A program made the position numbers and the translations under genes. Under the pieces are notes generated by a model. That model was not told the origin of the DNA, made no database searches, and saw only the letters and a list, made by a program, of their open reading frames with translations. A stretch of 64,000 nucleotides of DNA from an uncultured Thermoplasmatales archaeon. GTDB taxonomy: Archaea > Thermoplasmatota > E2 > UBA202 > DSCA01. The number at the start of each line of letters is the position of its first letter. The first letter of the stretch is position 1. Positions 28,190 through 38,477 of the stretch are shown here, piece by piece. The DNA is taken from the NCBI GenBank assembly GCA_964514975.1, contig CAZESS010000002.1, positions 32,001-96,000 of the forward strand. Reading direction: 5' to 3'.

Positions 28190-28714
28190 ATGAAGAAAAG
28201 TAACACGACGCTGTTCAAGGTAAGCGAGACTTTGGACCAGCTGCTCATCGACGCGCGGCAAAGCCTGCAAAAAATCGCCGAGAAATGCGACACCTACCGG
28301 CAGAAAATCTGGCGCGAACAGAACAAGCTCGAGGAATCCAACACCATCTGGGGGTACACCGCCGTCGTCAACGAGGAAAAACTGGGCTGGCGGCTGTTCA
28401 TGGTGTTCATGAAAACCCGTCCCATGACGGAGGATTTCGCCCGGCAGCAGATACGCCGGGTGCGGGAGGACGTCCCCGGCCAGATGCAGGTCCGGCTCAT
28501 CGACGTCTACCACCTGACCGGCACCTATGACTGGATCGTCGTCTTCGCGGCCAAAAACTGGGCGACCGCCCGAAAATACTACGACAACCTCCGCAAGGAA
28601 TACTGGGGGCTCACCCTGGAAAAACCCGAGCTGAGCAGCGTGGCCTTCACCTCCATCCGATGGGGCAAGGTCAACCCGGAGATAGAGCGCCTCGAAGAGT
28701 TCGTCTCCCCCTGA
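28190..28714 (+). CDS. Lrp/AsnC family transcriptional regulator
   Basis: DARQSLQKIAEK, LEE...IWGYTAVV, TGTYDW. Confidence 0.9.
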   Translation: MKKSNTTLFKVSETLDQLLIDARQSLQKIAEKCDTYRQKIWREQNKLEESNTIWGYTAVVNEEKLGWRLFMVFMKTRPMTEDFARQQIRRVREDVPGQMQVRLIDVYHLTGTYDWIVVFAAKNWATARKYYDNLRKEYWGLTLEKPELSSVAFTSIRWGKVNPEIERLEEFVSP

Positions 28715-28752
28715 CGTCACAAAGCTTTAAAGCCCGCTCTGCCTTTACCAGC

Positions 28753-29388
28753 ATGACACTGGTGGCACCCTCCATCCTGTCAGCAGATTTCTCCCGGCTG
28801 GGTGACGAAATACGCGAGGTCGGAGTAGCAGGCGCCGACTGGATACACCTCGACGTCATGGACGGCCATTTCGTCCCCAACATCACCATCGGCTCCACCG
28901 TCGTCGCGGACCTACGCGACCACACCACGCTGCCCTTCGACGTCCATCTCATGATCGCCGAGCCGGAGCGCTACATCACGGCCTTCGCCGATGCAGGCGC
29001 CGACATCATCACCGTCCACGCGGAGGCAGCCGCCCATCTCCACCGGCTCGTCGGGCAGATACAGGATGCAGGCTGCCACGCCGGCGTCTCCCTCAACCCC
29101 GGCTCGCCGCTCTGCATGATTGAGCACGTCCTCGGAGACATCGACCTCCTGCTCATCATGACGGTCAACCCCGGCTACGGCGGACAGCGCTTCATCGAGT
29201 CCATGCTCCCCAAAATATCCACGGCCAGCGAGCTCGTCGACAGCGAGGGCGTCCATCTCCAGGTGGACGGCGGCATCAACGAGGACAACGCCAGACAGGT
29301 CAGACAGCAAGGGGCCGACGTCATCGTCGCCGGCTCAGCGGTGTTTGGCAGCCCCGACTACGCGGCGGCCATCAAAAAGTTGAAATAA
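28753..29388 (+). CDS. rpe: ribulose-phosphate 3-epimerase
   Basis: [42 protein letters not shown]. Confidence 0.97.
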   Translation: MTLVAPSILSADFSRLGDEIREVGVAGADWIHLDVMDGHFVPNITIGSTVVADLRDHTTLPFDVHLMIAEPERYITAFADAGADIITVHAEAAAHLHRLVGQIQDAGCHAGVSLNPGSPLCMIEHVLGDIDLLLIMTVNPGYGGQRFIESMLPKISTASELVDSEGVHLQVDGGINEDNARQVRQQGADVIVAGSAVFGSPDYAAAIKKLK

Positions 29389-29408
29389 ACGCCCCCCGAT
29401 TGAATAAC

Positions 29409-30845
29409 ATGGGGCACAGAGCCAACACAGCTATTTTCATCCTCTGCATCTGCACCGCAGCAACAACGCTGCCGGCATGCGAGGGAGCATGGGGCGTCTA
29501 CCGCCAGCCGGGCTACGACGAGGGGCGAAGCATCGCGACCGCCAGCGACAGCGCCTACGTGGCCGGGCTCTCCATCTCTGAAGGCTCCTTCAACGGCTAC
29601 CGGCTGCTGAAATACAACGCAACCGGCAACGTTGTATGGGAGCAGCGGTTCCCGGTGCCCGGTCGACGGATGACAAGGGAGAGCTATCGACATGTCGCGG
29701 TGGCCGCCACCCCTACATCAGCCACCATCGCGTTCACCAACGGCACGTTCGCGGTACGGGCCATCCATGCAAACGGCACCCGTCTCTGGGAAAACAGATG
29801 GCGCCGGCAGTGCAGCGTCACCGACATCGCCATGGATGGCAACCACACCATCGTCGCCGGATGCGCCGACGATGGACAGGAGGGGCGCTTCCACGTCGTC
29901 GCCTTCGACGCACACGGCGGGGTAGCCTGGAACGCGAGCGGGCCGGGCTGCATCTACGGCATTGACATCGCCGACGATGCAATACTCCTCGCGGGAGAAC
30001 GGGACGACACCGGCATCCTCTTTGAGATGAACCGGACCGGCAGGATAACCGCATGCAGGCAGCTCGACGGGACGGCGATACGGGATGTAGCGGCCGTGAA
30101 CGACGGCATCGCGCTTCTACACAGCCTGGATGGACAGGTCGCCGTCATCATGGTGCCATCGGTGGCCGAAGGCAACGTGACACGGCATAACTATACCGGG
30201 ACGGCCGGGGCACATGCGCTGCAGCGGGCGCATGGCCGCTTGTTTGTTGCGGGCAACGTGTACAACCAGAGCTCACGATACCGGGATTATCTGGTCGCCG
30301 AATGCCTCTCAAACGGGACGTTCAACGACGTCGTCCGATACAACGCCAACGGCAGCGGCGACGACGTCGCATGGGCCGTCGCCGGGTTCCCCGCCGTCGA
30401 TGGTGTCATCGCCACGGGAGCCGTCTACACCCAGCATGTCATCCCCCCGCAGGTGTATATCGACAGGGAGATATACACCACGACATACCTGCCGAACAAT
30501 CTCCCGCCGACCGCGAACTTCACCTGGACGCCGGACGAAGCGAAGGCGAACGACAGGGTCACGTTCACCGAAACCGCGGTGGACCCGGACGGCAGCCCTG
30601 TGAGCTACACATGGGATTTCGGCGACGGCGACACGGCCATGCAGCGCAATCCATCACATGTGTACACGGACAAGGGCGTGTACACGGTGACCCTAACCGT
30701 CCGGGACGACGACGGCGCCGTCGGTACCGCAACGCGGGACATCGTGGTAGCCGAGGAGGAACAGACACCCGGGTTTTCCATCATCGCTGCAGGCATGGCC
30801 GTGGCGTTCGCCGTCATGCTGCGAAGGCGATTAACTTTTAAATAG
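29409..30845 (+). CDS. secreted beta-propeller-like + PKD domain protein with PGF-CTERM-like anchor
   Basis: Signal peptide, [17 protein letters not shown]-hydrophobic-RRR terminus. Confidence 0.85.
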   Translation: MGHRANTAIFILCICTAATTLPACEGAWGVYRQPGYDEGRSIATASDSAYVAGLSISEGSFNGYRLLKYNATGNVVWEQRFPVPGRRMTRESYRHVAVAATPTSATIAFTNGTFAVRAIHANGTRLWENRWRRQCSVTDIAMDGNHTIVAGCADDGQEGRFHVVAFDAHGGVAWNASGPGCIYGIDIADDAILLAGERDDTGILFEMNRTGRITACRQLDGTAIRDVAAVNDGIALLHSLDGQVAVIMVPSVAEGNVTRHNYTGTAGAHALQRAHGRLFVAGNVYNQSSRYRDYLVAECLSNGTFNDVVRYNANGSGDDVAWAVAGFPAVDGVIATGAVYTQHVIPPQVYIDREIYTTTYLPNNLPPTANFTWTPDEAKANDRVTFTETAVDPDGSPVSYTWDFGDGDTAMQRNPSHVYTDKGVYTVTLTVRDDDGAVGTATRDIVVAEEEQTPGFSIIAAGMAVAFAVMLRRRLTFK

Positions 30846-30869
30846 GCCGGCCATATGGATACACTCATT

Positions 30870-30954
30870 GCAGGGGTAGCCAAGCATGGCCAACGGCGCA
30901 AGGTTGAGGGCCTTGTCCTGTAGAGGTCCGCGAGTTCAAATCTCGTCCCCTGCA
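30870..30954 (+). tRNA. tRNA-Leu (GAG)
   Basis: GCAGGGG...CCCCTGC-A; anticodon arm CAAGG-TTGAGGG-CCTTG; long variable arm; TTCAAAT T-loop. Confidence 0.95.
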
Positions 30955-31012
30955 CTCCATTTTTCCAGCGAAATGTTCATCTCCTCCATCGTGATATCCC
31001 GGCGGTGAAACC

Positions 31013-31546
31013 ATGTCAGTGTTCAAAAACATGAAAAAGCGGTTCAACGTTGAACTGACGAAGATAAAACAGGTGGCCATGGTCGGCAGCGTTGTGCTGC
31101 TCACAGTGAACATCGCGCTGACCGCCTACCCCTACCTCGCCTGGCGGGGCATCCATCCCTACGTGGGCGTGGCGCTGGTTTTCCTGCTCATCCTGGGCCT
31201 GATATGGCTGCTTGCCCATCTCTACATGAACGTGCTCGAGATGTACAAGGAACAGAAGCTGGCGGAAAACGTGCTCTACAATCCCTACGTGGTCCACCAG
31301 TTCAACCCCTTCCAGGAGGTCACCTGGAGGCAGTACAACATGGCGGTGCTCGAGGCATTGCGCAGCATCACCCCGGATGCATCGGCGCAGCGCAGGCTGG
31401 ATGACGCCATCGGTGCCGTGGAGCGCTGGCTGTCGCTCGGCTACATCCCCCGCCGGGATGTTCAATGCGCCCTTGATATGGTTCATGTAGTATTCTTCCC
31501 GTGTTTTGACGTCTATAATCATATCCATGTCAACACCGAGATATGA
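31013..31546 (+). CDS. hypothetical membrane protein, probably 3'-truncated or chimeric
   Basis: Two TM segments; the final ~30 codons read antisense through a rhodanese fragment. Confidence 0.55.
   Translation: MSVFKNMKKRFNVELTKIKQVAMVGSVVLLTVNIALTAYPYLAWRGIHPYVGVALVFLLILGLIWLLAHLYMNVLEMYKEQKLAENVLYNPYVVHQFNPFQEVTWRQYNMAVLEALRSITPDASAQRRLDDAIGAVERWLSLGYIPRRDVQCALDMVHVVFFPCFDVYNHIHVNTEI
31454..31528 (-). pseudogene. N-terminal fragment of a rhodanese-domain gene
   Basis: MDMIIDVKTREEYYMNHIKGALNIP matches the rhodanese N-terminal pattern, then similarity stops. Confidence 0.75.
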
Positions 31547-31640
31547 ACCGTAGTGGATACCTATAATTTGTCAATATCAAATCGACAGAGCACGGGGCGG
31601 CAGCGGGTAAGGTTTAATATCGCGTTCTCCATGTCTTTCC

Positions 31641-32450
31641 ATGGGCGAACTGGTCTTCGTCGGCGTCGGACTGCAGAGCGACCGTGACCTCACCCTGGCG
31701 GGGCTCAAGGCAGCCCGAAACGGTGACCATATCTTTGCAGAGTTTTACACCAGCCGTCCCGGCGTGTCCATCGAGATGCTCGAAAAAACCATCGGGAAGC
31801 ATATAGAGGTGGTCGACCGGAAGGACGTCGAGCAGGAGGACATCATCCTGACGGCGGCCGCACAGGACCGGGTCTGCCTGCTCACGGGCGGCGATCCGAT
31901 GACCGCGACGACCCATATCGACCTTCGGTTGCGCGCCGCCGAGCAGGGCATCCCGACACGCATCGTCCACGGCGTCAGCATCGTCACCGCGGCTGCCGGA
32001 TTGCTAGGGCTCCAGATATACAAGTTCGGGCGGACGACGACGCTCGCCTACCCGGAAAAAAACTATTTCCCCCTGTCTCCGTACCATGTCATCCGGAAGA
32101 ACCGGGAGCGGGGGCTGCACACCCTAGTATTGCTCGACATCCAGGATGAACGGCAACGATATATGACCATCCCGGAGGGCGTCGAGCTGCTCCTTGAGAT
32201 GGAACAGCGATGCGACAACGGGGTCATCACCCCGGGTACCGTCCTGGGCGGGGTCGCCCGCGCATCGTCATCGGAGCCCGTGGTCAAAGCCGGATATCCC
32301 GGGCAGCTGCAGGAAACAGATTTCGGTCCGCCGCTGCATTCCCTGGTGGTGCCCGGCAGCCTGCACGTGATGGAGGCCCGGGCGCTGGTCGAGCTTGCCG
32401 ACGGTCCGCCGGAGCTGCTCGACGACGGGCAGGAGAGAAAACATTTATAG
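31641..32450 (+). CDS. dph5: diphthine synthase
   Basis: EFYTS, GDPMTATTH, GLQIYKFGRTTT, GLHTLVLLDI, FGPPLHSL. Confidence 0.96.
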   Translation: MGELVFVGVGLQSDRDLTLAGLKAARNGDHIFAEFYTSRPGVSIEMLEKTIGKHIEVVDRKDVEQEDIILTAAAQDRVCLLTGGDPMTATTHIDLRLRAAEQGIPTRIVHGVSIVTAAAGLLGLQIYKFGRTTTLAYPEKNYFPLSPYHVIRKNRERGLHTLVLLDIQDERQRYMTIPEGVELLLEMEQRCDNGVITPGTVLGGVARASSSEPVVKAGYPGQLQETDFGPPLHSLVVPGSLHVMEARALVELADGPPELLDDGQERKHL

Positions 32451-32474
32451 CGATGTCGCCATTTAACTGTCCAT

Positions 32475-35400
32475 ATGGCAGACTCGAAGCAGAGAACAGC
32501 AGTGCTTATGACGTTCACGGTTGCCTTTCTTTTACTGGCCCATCTGCTGCCCGTGACACCGGCATCGGCCGAGCCGGCCGGAACCGGGTTTGACAAGGGC
32601 ATCTCATGGGCGTCGACCACCTTTACCAAAAAAGCCACGTTCGTCGGGTTCGACGAGCAAAGCACCCTTGACGACTATGCATATCTCTCGGCGGTGCCAT
32701 CCTCCGTGTTTTACAGCAGCGGCGCCGACCGGATGTACACGCATCCATTGCTTTTCCACCAGGCAGATACGTCGGTGGGCGGCGAAACCGACCGGGCGCT
32801 CAACGGCAAGCAGGGCGTCGACTATTTCATGGACGACTGGATGAGCGCCTGCAACGGCCGGCTGGACGACCTGATGCTCATCAACGTCGGCGAGGGCGAG
32901 ATAGACCTGGCAGCCCGGAACGTCACCACCATCAACGGTGACACGCCGGCGGACATCGCCGGGCGGCTGGCCGAGCGCGACTGGATGTACGCCGACGAGG
33001 CGGTCCTGGCCGTCATCAACGACGACACCATATCGGAGGGCAACATGACGTCGGGGAGCCTTACCGGGAGCTTCGCCGCCGGCGCCGAGGTGAAAACAAC
33101 GAGCTTCCAGGTGCCGCAGAGCAACTCGCTGAACCCCGTGTACCATGAGTTCACGGTGCCGGAGCAATACAAGTATCTGAAGGCCGACCTGTGGTGGAAC
33201 TGTTTCATCCTGGGTGGCTTCATCGCCATCCCTCCGGGTGACCCCGACCTGCAATTGTTCTGCCAGCACGGCAGCGACTGGATGCAGACCGCCGCCGTTG
33301 CGACCTGGAACATCCTGACCGGGCCGGCCGAGCAGGCTGCCTCCTACGTCTACAATCCCGGCTCATGGCGGGTGGGCGTCACCGACATCCCCACAGAGCG
33401 GGACAAAGAAATACCACGCATAGACCTCTTCGGCGGCCTGCTGTCCCTGCAGGGCTCCGCCTTCCAGGCGCTCCGCAGCATCCGCCGGGGTGTCACATAC
33501 AACATCGACGTCGAGATGTACCCGGGCACCGAGGTGGACGTGCCCGACGTGCCCGAGACGGGTGTCGACAACGCCTCGTTCACCCTGGAATGGAACGGTG
33601 AAGCCCAGCTCGGAATGTCGCTCATCGGACCGGCGGGCGAGGAAATCGTGGCTGCGCGCAACATGACCAGCTCCACGCAGCACATCGAGGTCGACAAGCT
33701 GGGCGGCTGCCGCCCCGGCGAGCACTACCGGCTCTGCGTGTTCAGCATGGAAAAAGACGCACAGGGCACGGTCGACTTCACCGTCTCCTATACCTGGCGC
33801 AATAAAACATCCATGCAGCAGGATATGTCCCTCGCATCGGCAGCCCAGGGCGCCGTCCTGGCATCGGCGCTCAATGCGCCATTGCTCTACACCTCATCCG
33901 ACGATTTGCCGTCAGCGACCAAGTCCGCGCTCCGCACCCTGGGCGTCGACAGGGTGCACGTCATGGACCTCGGGGAGCGCCTGACAGATAAGGCACGTAC
34001 CGACATCCGCAACGCTGCCGACATCAAGGCATGGCACACCGCGGCCAGGGATGCCTATGACACCATCCGCGATATCACGGGGCAGAACGACGTCATTTTT
34101 TCGACGACCGACCCGTGGACGTTCTGGCGAAGCGGTGAGCTGCAACCCGGCGGCGAGTTCCCGGGCGCATTGTTCGTCGGCCCCGCCGCCTTCCATGCAG
34201 CACAGCACGGCAGCCCGCTGCTGCTGCTGGAGATGCATCCACGGCTCTCCTCGGCGGTGGTATGGCACAACGAGTTCTGGCGTCGCCATGTCAGCGAGCG
34301 CTTCCTGTTCACGCCGACGGTGGCAGAGATGTATCTGACGGGCAAACGTGTCTATGATTTCCTGCATGACTATGGCTTCGACGGCGACGGCATGGAGTCC
34401 ATGGTGACCATCGCCGGGCAATATGACATCGGCACCCCATGGGACCGTGTCTTTGTGGGCAAGGCCAAGCCCGGCCGTATCTTCGGCTCGCCGGTCGACG
34501 CTGCCTCATGGTCGGCCCGCAACGTGTTTTATCCCCGTCTCATCTTCGAAAACCCGGGGCTCAACCCCGGCGGCGTTGAAATGATAAACGGCAGCACGAG
34601 CACCCGCCGCTTCACCGGGCTCGCCAGGCGGCCGCTGGCCAACACGCTGGTGGTAGAGAAGCCGTCCGAGATGGAGCAGATGACCTATCCCGTGGTGTGC
34701 TCCTTTGTTACCCATAAATATCGGTTCAACGAGCGCGCCGGGGAATACTATGGCTCCACCTATCAGTGTGCTGACGGGCTGACACCGGGCCAGGATTTCA
34801 CGTTCAACCCCATCGATCAGGGGCTGGGTGAAAAATATCTGGGTATCGAGGGCGCCATCTTTCCGGATATGACTGAGACGGAGGTCGTGCCCACCTATCT
34901 GCGGCGGGGCGGCTACGACGTCGCGTTTTCTACCTCGCTGGAGGCGGTCGGCGCCGATCTCAACACGGGCGCTATCATGTGGGTCCATGGCTCCCATGGA
35001 CTGGAGACGGAGTGTGGCTCCACCCTGTTCTGGGATCCGGACGAGGGGTTCAGCAGCCATGATCCCATCTCGCAGCTGGTGAAACCCTTTGCTGGTGCGA
35101 CGCGGGAGGAAAACCCCTGGCGCGGCTATGAATGGTATCTGGGCTCGACGGCGCAGCCCGACACGATGACCATGGACGTGCAGGGCACCATTCCGTTCAC
35201 CAACATCCCGTTTCCCATCGCCACGGGCATGGACTGGGCGCTGGCCAGGGAGCCGGTCAGGGAGACCCTCAACAAGATTATCCCGTTTTTCGCTCCCTTC
35301 AACGTCGATGACAGCTATGACGGCGTCATCGGCACCATCCAGTTTTCCCGGTATCCCTACGCGGAGAAAAACGCCACCCAGATCGAGGCGGTGCTTGACA

Positions 35401-35921
35401 ACCTGCATTCCATGGGCTTTATCACGAGCATCTGCCAGACCGCCAACACCTATTTCCATCTGTCGCTCGTCCGGCATGGCAGCGTGTTCCAGGTGCAGGA
35501 CCCCTGGCCGACCTCCTGGTATGGCACTATCTGGCGGCAGAGCATCCCGCGCGACCTGGTGCTCGGTGACACCGTCGGCGAGGCCTACGTCAAGGGGATG
35601 AGCCATGTCGGCATCCTGTACATCACGGAGCCACCCCAGTGGTGGTGGGACATCATGGAAAACGTGGTCCTGTTCGGCGACCCCGACCTCCGCGTCTGGG
35701 TGCCCGGTCAGCAGTACAGCAGCAAAAATCACTGGGAGCAGACCGACGTCGAGCCCCTTGAATACCGGCAGCAGATGGCAGTTGACGGCCATGCGCTCTA
35801 CGGCGCCACGGAACATCCCCACAGGGTGGAGGGGTTCAACTGGATGCCCATTCTGCTCGGCCTTGCCATCGTTGCGCTCATCGGCGCCGCCGGCTATCTC
35901 TACTGGCGCCGGAACCAGTGA
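32475..35921 (+). CDS. large secreted membrane-anchored protein; possible cell-wall-binding-2-like and peptidase C25-like regions
   Basis: Signal peptide; AVLASALNAPLLYT...LP..T..AL; HGSHG...SICQTA...VVLFGDPDL; C-terminal TM + WRR. Confidence 0.7.
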   Translation: MADSKQRTAVLMTFTVAFLLLAHLLPVTPASAEPAGTGFDKGISWASTTFTKKATFVGFDEQSTLDDYAYLSAVPSSVFYSSGADRMYTHPLLFHQADTSVGGETDRALNGKQGVDYFMDDWMSACNGRLDDLMLINVGEGEIDLAARNVTTINGDTPADIAGRLAERDWMYADEAVLAVINDDTISEGNMTSGSLTGSFAAGAEVKTTSFQVPQSNSLNPVYHEFTVPEQYKYLKADLWWNCFILGGFIAIPPGDPDLQLFCQHGSDWMQTAAVATWNILTGPAEQAASYVYNPGSWRVGVTDIPTERDKEIPRIDLFGGLLSLQGSAFQALRSIRRGVTYNIDVEMYPGTEVDVPDVPETGVDNASFTLEWNGEAQLGMSLIGPAGEEIVAARNMTSSTQHIEVDKLGGCRPGEHYRLCVFSMEKDAQGTVDFTVSYTWRNKTSMQQDMSLASAAQGAVLASALNAPLLYTSSDDLPSATKSALRTLGVDRVHVMDLGERLTDKARTDIRNAADIKAWHTAARDAYDTIRDITGQNDVIFSTTDPWTFWRSGELQPGGEFPGALFVGPAAFHAAQHGSPLLLLEMHPRLSSAVVWHNEFWRRHVSERFLFTPTVAEMYLTGKRVYDFLHDYGFDGDGMESMVTIAGQYDIGTPWDRVFVGKAKPGRIFGSPVDAASWSARNVFYPRLIFENPGLNPGGVEMINGSTSTRRFTGLARRPLANTLVVEKPSEMEQMTYPVVCSFVTHKYRFNERAGEYYGSTYQCADGLTPGQDFTFNPIDQGLGEKYLGIEGAIFPDMTETEVVPTYLRRGGYDVAFSTSLEAVGADLNTGAIMWVHGSHGLETECGSTLFWDPDEGFSSHDPISQLVKPFAGATREENPWRGYEWYLGSTAQPDTMTMDVQGTIPFTNIPFPIATGMDWALAREPVRETLNKIIPFFAPFNVDDSYDGVIGTIQFSRYPYAEKNATQIEAVLDNLHSMGFITSICQTANTYFHLSLVRHGSVFQVQDPWPTSWYGTIWRQSIPRDLVLGDTVGEAYVKGMSHVGILYITEPPQWWWDIMENVVLFGDPDLRVWVPGQQYSSKNHWEQTDVEPLEYRQQMAVDGHALYGATEHPHRVEGFNWMPILLGLAIVALIGAAGYLYWRRNQ

Positions 35922-35958
35922 AACAAAAACTATATAGCGACGGGTGTTTGCTCCTGAT

Positions 35959-37275
35959 ATGAGCGAACGGGAGCAGGTCCTTCGGGCAATCAACGCCGAG
36001 CCGGGTGACCGCATCCGCATTGTGGCAGGCGAGAAAACCTATGCGGGCATCCTGATGCCCCATCATGCGTTCAGCCAGGATGACGTGGTGACCGTCAAGC
36101 TCGACAGCGGCTACAATGTCGGCGTGTCCATAGAGGATGCGGAACTCTCCCTGGTCGGCAAACGCCAGCCCCGGGAGATGGAACCGCAGGAGGTGCCCCG
36201 GAGCCCGGAGAAGCCGTCGGTGGCGTTGCTCGGCACCGGCGGCACCATCGCCAGCTATGTCGACTACGAGACAGGGGCGGTCCATCCCGCCGGCACGTCG
36301 GAGGAACTCGCGTTTTCAGCCCCCGACATTTTCGATATCTGCAACGTCGACGCAGACGTGGTGGCACACAAGCTCAGCGAAAACATGGCCTCTGCCGACT
36401 GGGTCGACATCGCGACAGCCACGGCCAGCAAGCTCAACAATGGGGCCAGCGGCGTCATCATCGCCCACGGCACCGACACGATGAGCTACACGGCCGCAGC
36501 GCTATCATTCATGCTCCATGACCTGTCGGGGCCGGTGGTCCTGGTCGGCTCGCAGCGCTCGTCTGACCGGCCGAGCAGCGACGCGTTCCAGAACCTGGTG
36601 GCGGCGGCACGCGTTGCCATATCAAATCTGGGGGAGGTGGCGGTGGTCATGCACGCCGAGACCTCGTCCGGCCTGTGTGCGGTGCATCGGGGCACCAGGG
36701 TCCGGAAGATGCATGCCTCCCGCCGCGACGCGTTCCGCAGCATCGACGCCCGGCCGCTCGCCTTCGTCGACGACGAGGTCCGCTTCATAGGGGAATATCG
36801 AGCGAAAACGTCCGGGGAGACCGGGATTGCGGCCGAGCTCAACGACGACGTCGCCCTGGTCTATGCGCATCCTGCACTCGACGAGGAGAGCTTTGTGGCG
36901 ATGACCGCTGGCCGGGACGGCGTCGTCGTCGCCGGAACGGGGCTCGGACATCTAACCGAGGCGCTGATGCCGGCTATTCGGGAGCTCACCGCCGATGGGG
37001 TGCCCGTTGTGATGACCACGCAGTGCATCTGGGGGCGGGTGAATCTCAACGTGTACTCGGTTGGGCGGCGGCTGCTCCAGGCCGGTGTCATCCCCGGTGG
37101 CGACATGCTGCCCGAGGTTGCCCTGGTCAAGCTGATGTGGACGCTCGCCAACGTATCTCATGATGATGTCGCGACAGCGATGCAGCGGAACCATGCCGGC
37201 GAGCTGTCAGAGCGGACGCTGTATGATACGTTCCCCCAGCAAAAAACATATATTGAAGACGACATTAACGGTTAG
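35959..37275 (+). CDS. gatD: Glu-tRNA(Gln) amidotransferase subunit D
   Basis: KLDSGYNVG, TGGTIAS.VDY.TGAV, HGTDT, GSQRSSDRPSSD, RKMH.SRRDAF. Confidence 0.96.
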   Translation: MSEREQVLRAINAEPGDRIRIVAGEKTYAGILMPHHAFSQDDVVTVKLDSGYNVGVSIEDAELSLVGKRQPREMEPQEVPRSPEKPSVALLGTGGTIASYVDYETGAVHPAGTSEELAFSAPDIFDICNVDADVVAHKLSENMASADWVDIATATASKLNNGASGVIIAHGTDTMSYTAAALSFMLHDLSGPVVLVGSQRSSDRPSSDAFQNLVAAARVAISNLGEVAVVMHAETSSGLCAVHRGTRVRKMHASRRDAFRSIDARPLAFVDDEVRFIGEYRAKTSGETGIAAELNDDVALVYAHPALDEESFVAMTAGRDGVVVAGTGLGHLTEALMPAIRELTADGVPVVMTTQCIWGRVNLNVYSVGRRLLQAGVIPGGDMLPEVALVKLMWTLANVSHDDVATAMQRNHAGELSERTLYDTFPQQKTYIEDDING

Positions 37276-37280
37276 AGACC

Positions 37281-38423
37281 ATGAAATCAAAAGTCCTCAT
37301 CGTTATAGCAGTCATTATGGTGCTGCCGCTCGCCAGCGCCGAGCTGACCAAGCCGAACTGGAGCACCGGCGACTACTGGGAGTTCGAGGGACAGTATGAC
37401 GGCAGCGCCTCGATGGGATTCGAAAACCAGACCATGGAGTCCAGCATCGACATCGACATCACGCTCCGCGTGTCCGTGAACGACGTCCAGGTGCGGCAGG
37501 TCGACGGCGACTACGTCGGGGTCTACGCAACCGACATGAGCGGCACCCTTTCAGGCACCTTTAGCTACAGGTTCGGCGGAGAGGAGTTCAGCGGCGAGCT
37601 GACATTCGACCTGGACGGCACGAACCTGTTTTCAACCACCGATCTTTCCATCCTGGAGTCGAATGTCAACGTCAACATCAGCATCTCCGGACTGCCACCC
37701 GGCACGCTTCCCTCCCAGCTCAACAGCATCACCACCTATGACCCAGCGCTCGATTTCATGCAGTTTCCCGTGAGCGCAGGGGAGACATGGACGGCGCAGA
37801 CCACCGTTACCACGGAGTCATCGATGGGCGGGATGCCGACCCCGCAGCCCGTTGAGTTCACGTTCCGCTGCGTGCGGACACTTGGCGACCTCTACGTCAT
37901 CGAGACCGACTACGTGCCGTTCATCGGCGACATCATCCCCATCAACAACACCAACATCAGATGGTCCGACAGCAAGGGGATGATAGAGGAGATACGCGGC
38001 CAGTCCCAGGAGCAGAACTTCAACATAGGGCTCGTCGATTACTCCTATACGGGGCAGGAAAACCAGCCGCCGACCGCTGCTATCTCCACCGACGCGCAGC
38101 AGCCGTCCACCGGCGACATCATCAGCTTTGACGGGGCCGGCTCGAGCGACCCAGACGGCACGATCGAGCTCTACCAGTGGAACTTTGGCGACGGCGTCAA
38201 CGCAACCGGGGACAGCGTCCAGCATGCCTTCGGCGAAAAGGACACCTACACGGTCACCCTGACCGTCGTCGACAACTACGGGAACACGGCCACCGCCACG
38301 CGGCAGATAACGGTCACGGGCTCGTCCAGCGGCTCCTCACCGGGCTTCGGCGGCATCTCGCTCGTCGTCGGGCTCGTCGGTGTGATGCTGCTGCTCTGGA
38401 AACGAAAGCGGGATTTTAGGTAA
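37281..38423 (+). CDS. secreted PKD-domain protein with PGF-CTERM-like anchor
   Basis: Signal peptide, P.W..GDYW.F, SSDPDG..Y.WNFGDG, SPGF-TM-KRKR. Confidence 0.85.
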   Translation: MKSKVLIVIAVIMVLPLASAELTKPNWSTGDYWEFEGQYDGSASMGFENQTMESSIDIDITLRVSVNDVQVRQVDGDYVGVYATDMSGTLSGTFSYRFGGEEFSGELTFDLDGTNLFSTTDLSILESNVNVNISISGLPPGTLPSQLNSITTYDPALDFMQFPVSAGETWTAQTTVTTESSMGGMPTPQPVEFTFRCVRTLGDLYVIETDYVPFIGDIIPINNTNIRWSDSKGMIEEIRGQSQEQNFNIGLVDYSYTGQENQPPTAAISTDAQQPSTGDIISFDGAGSSDPDGTIELYQWNFGDGVNATGDSVQHAFGEKDTYTVTLTVVDNYGNTATATRQITVTGSSSGSSPGFGGISLVVGLVGVMLLLWKRKRDFR

Positions 38424-38477
38424 TTTTAAATAGATTCCGGCATTAATGAAATCGATTGCCCGGGCGTAGAGGTATCC

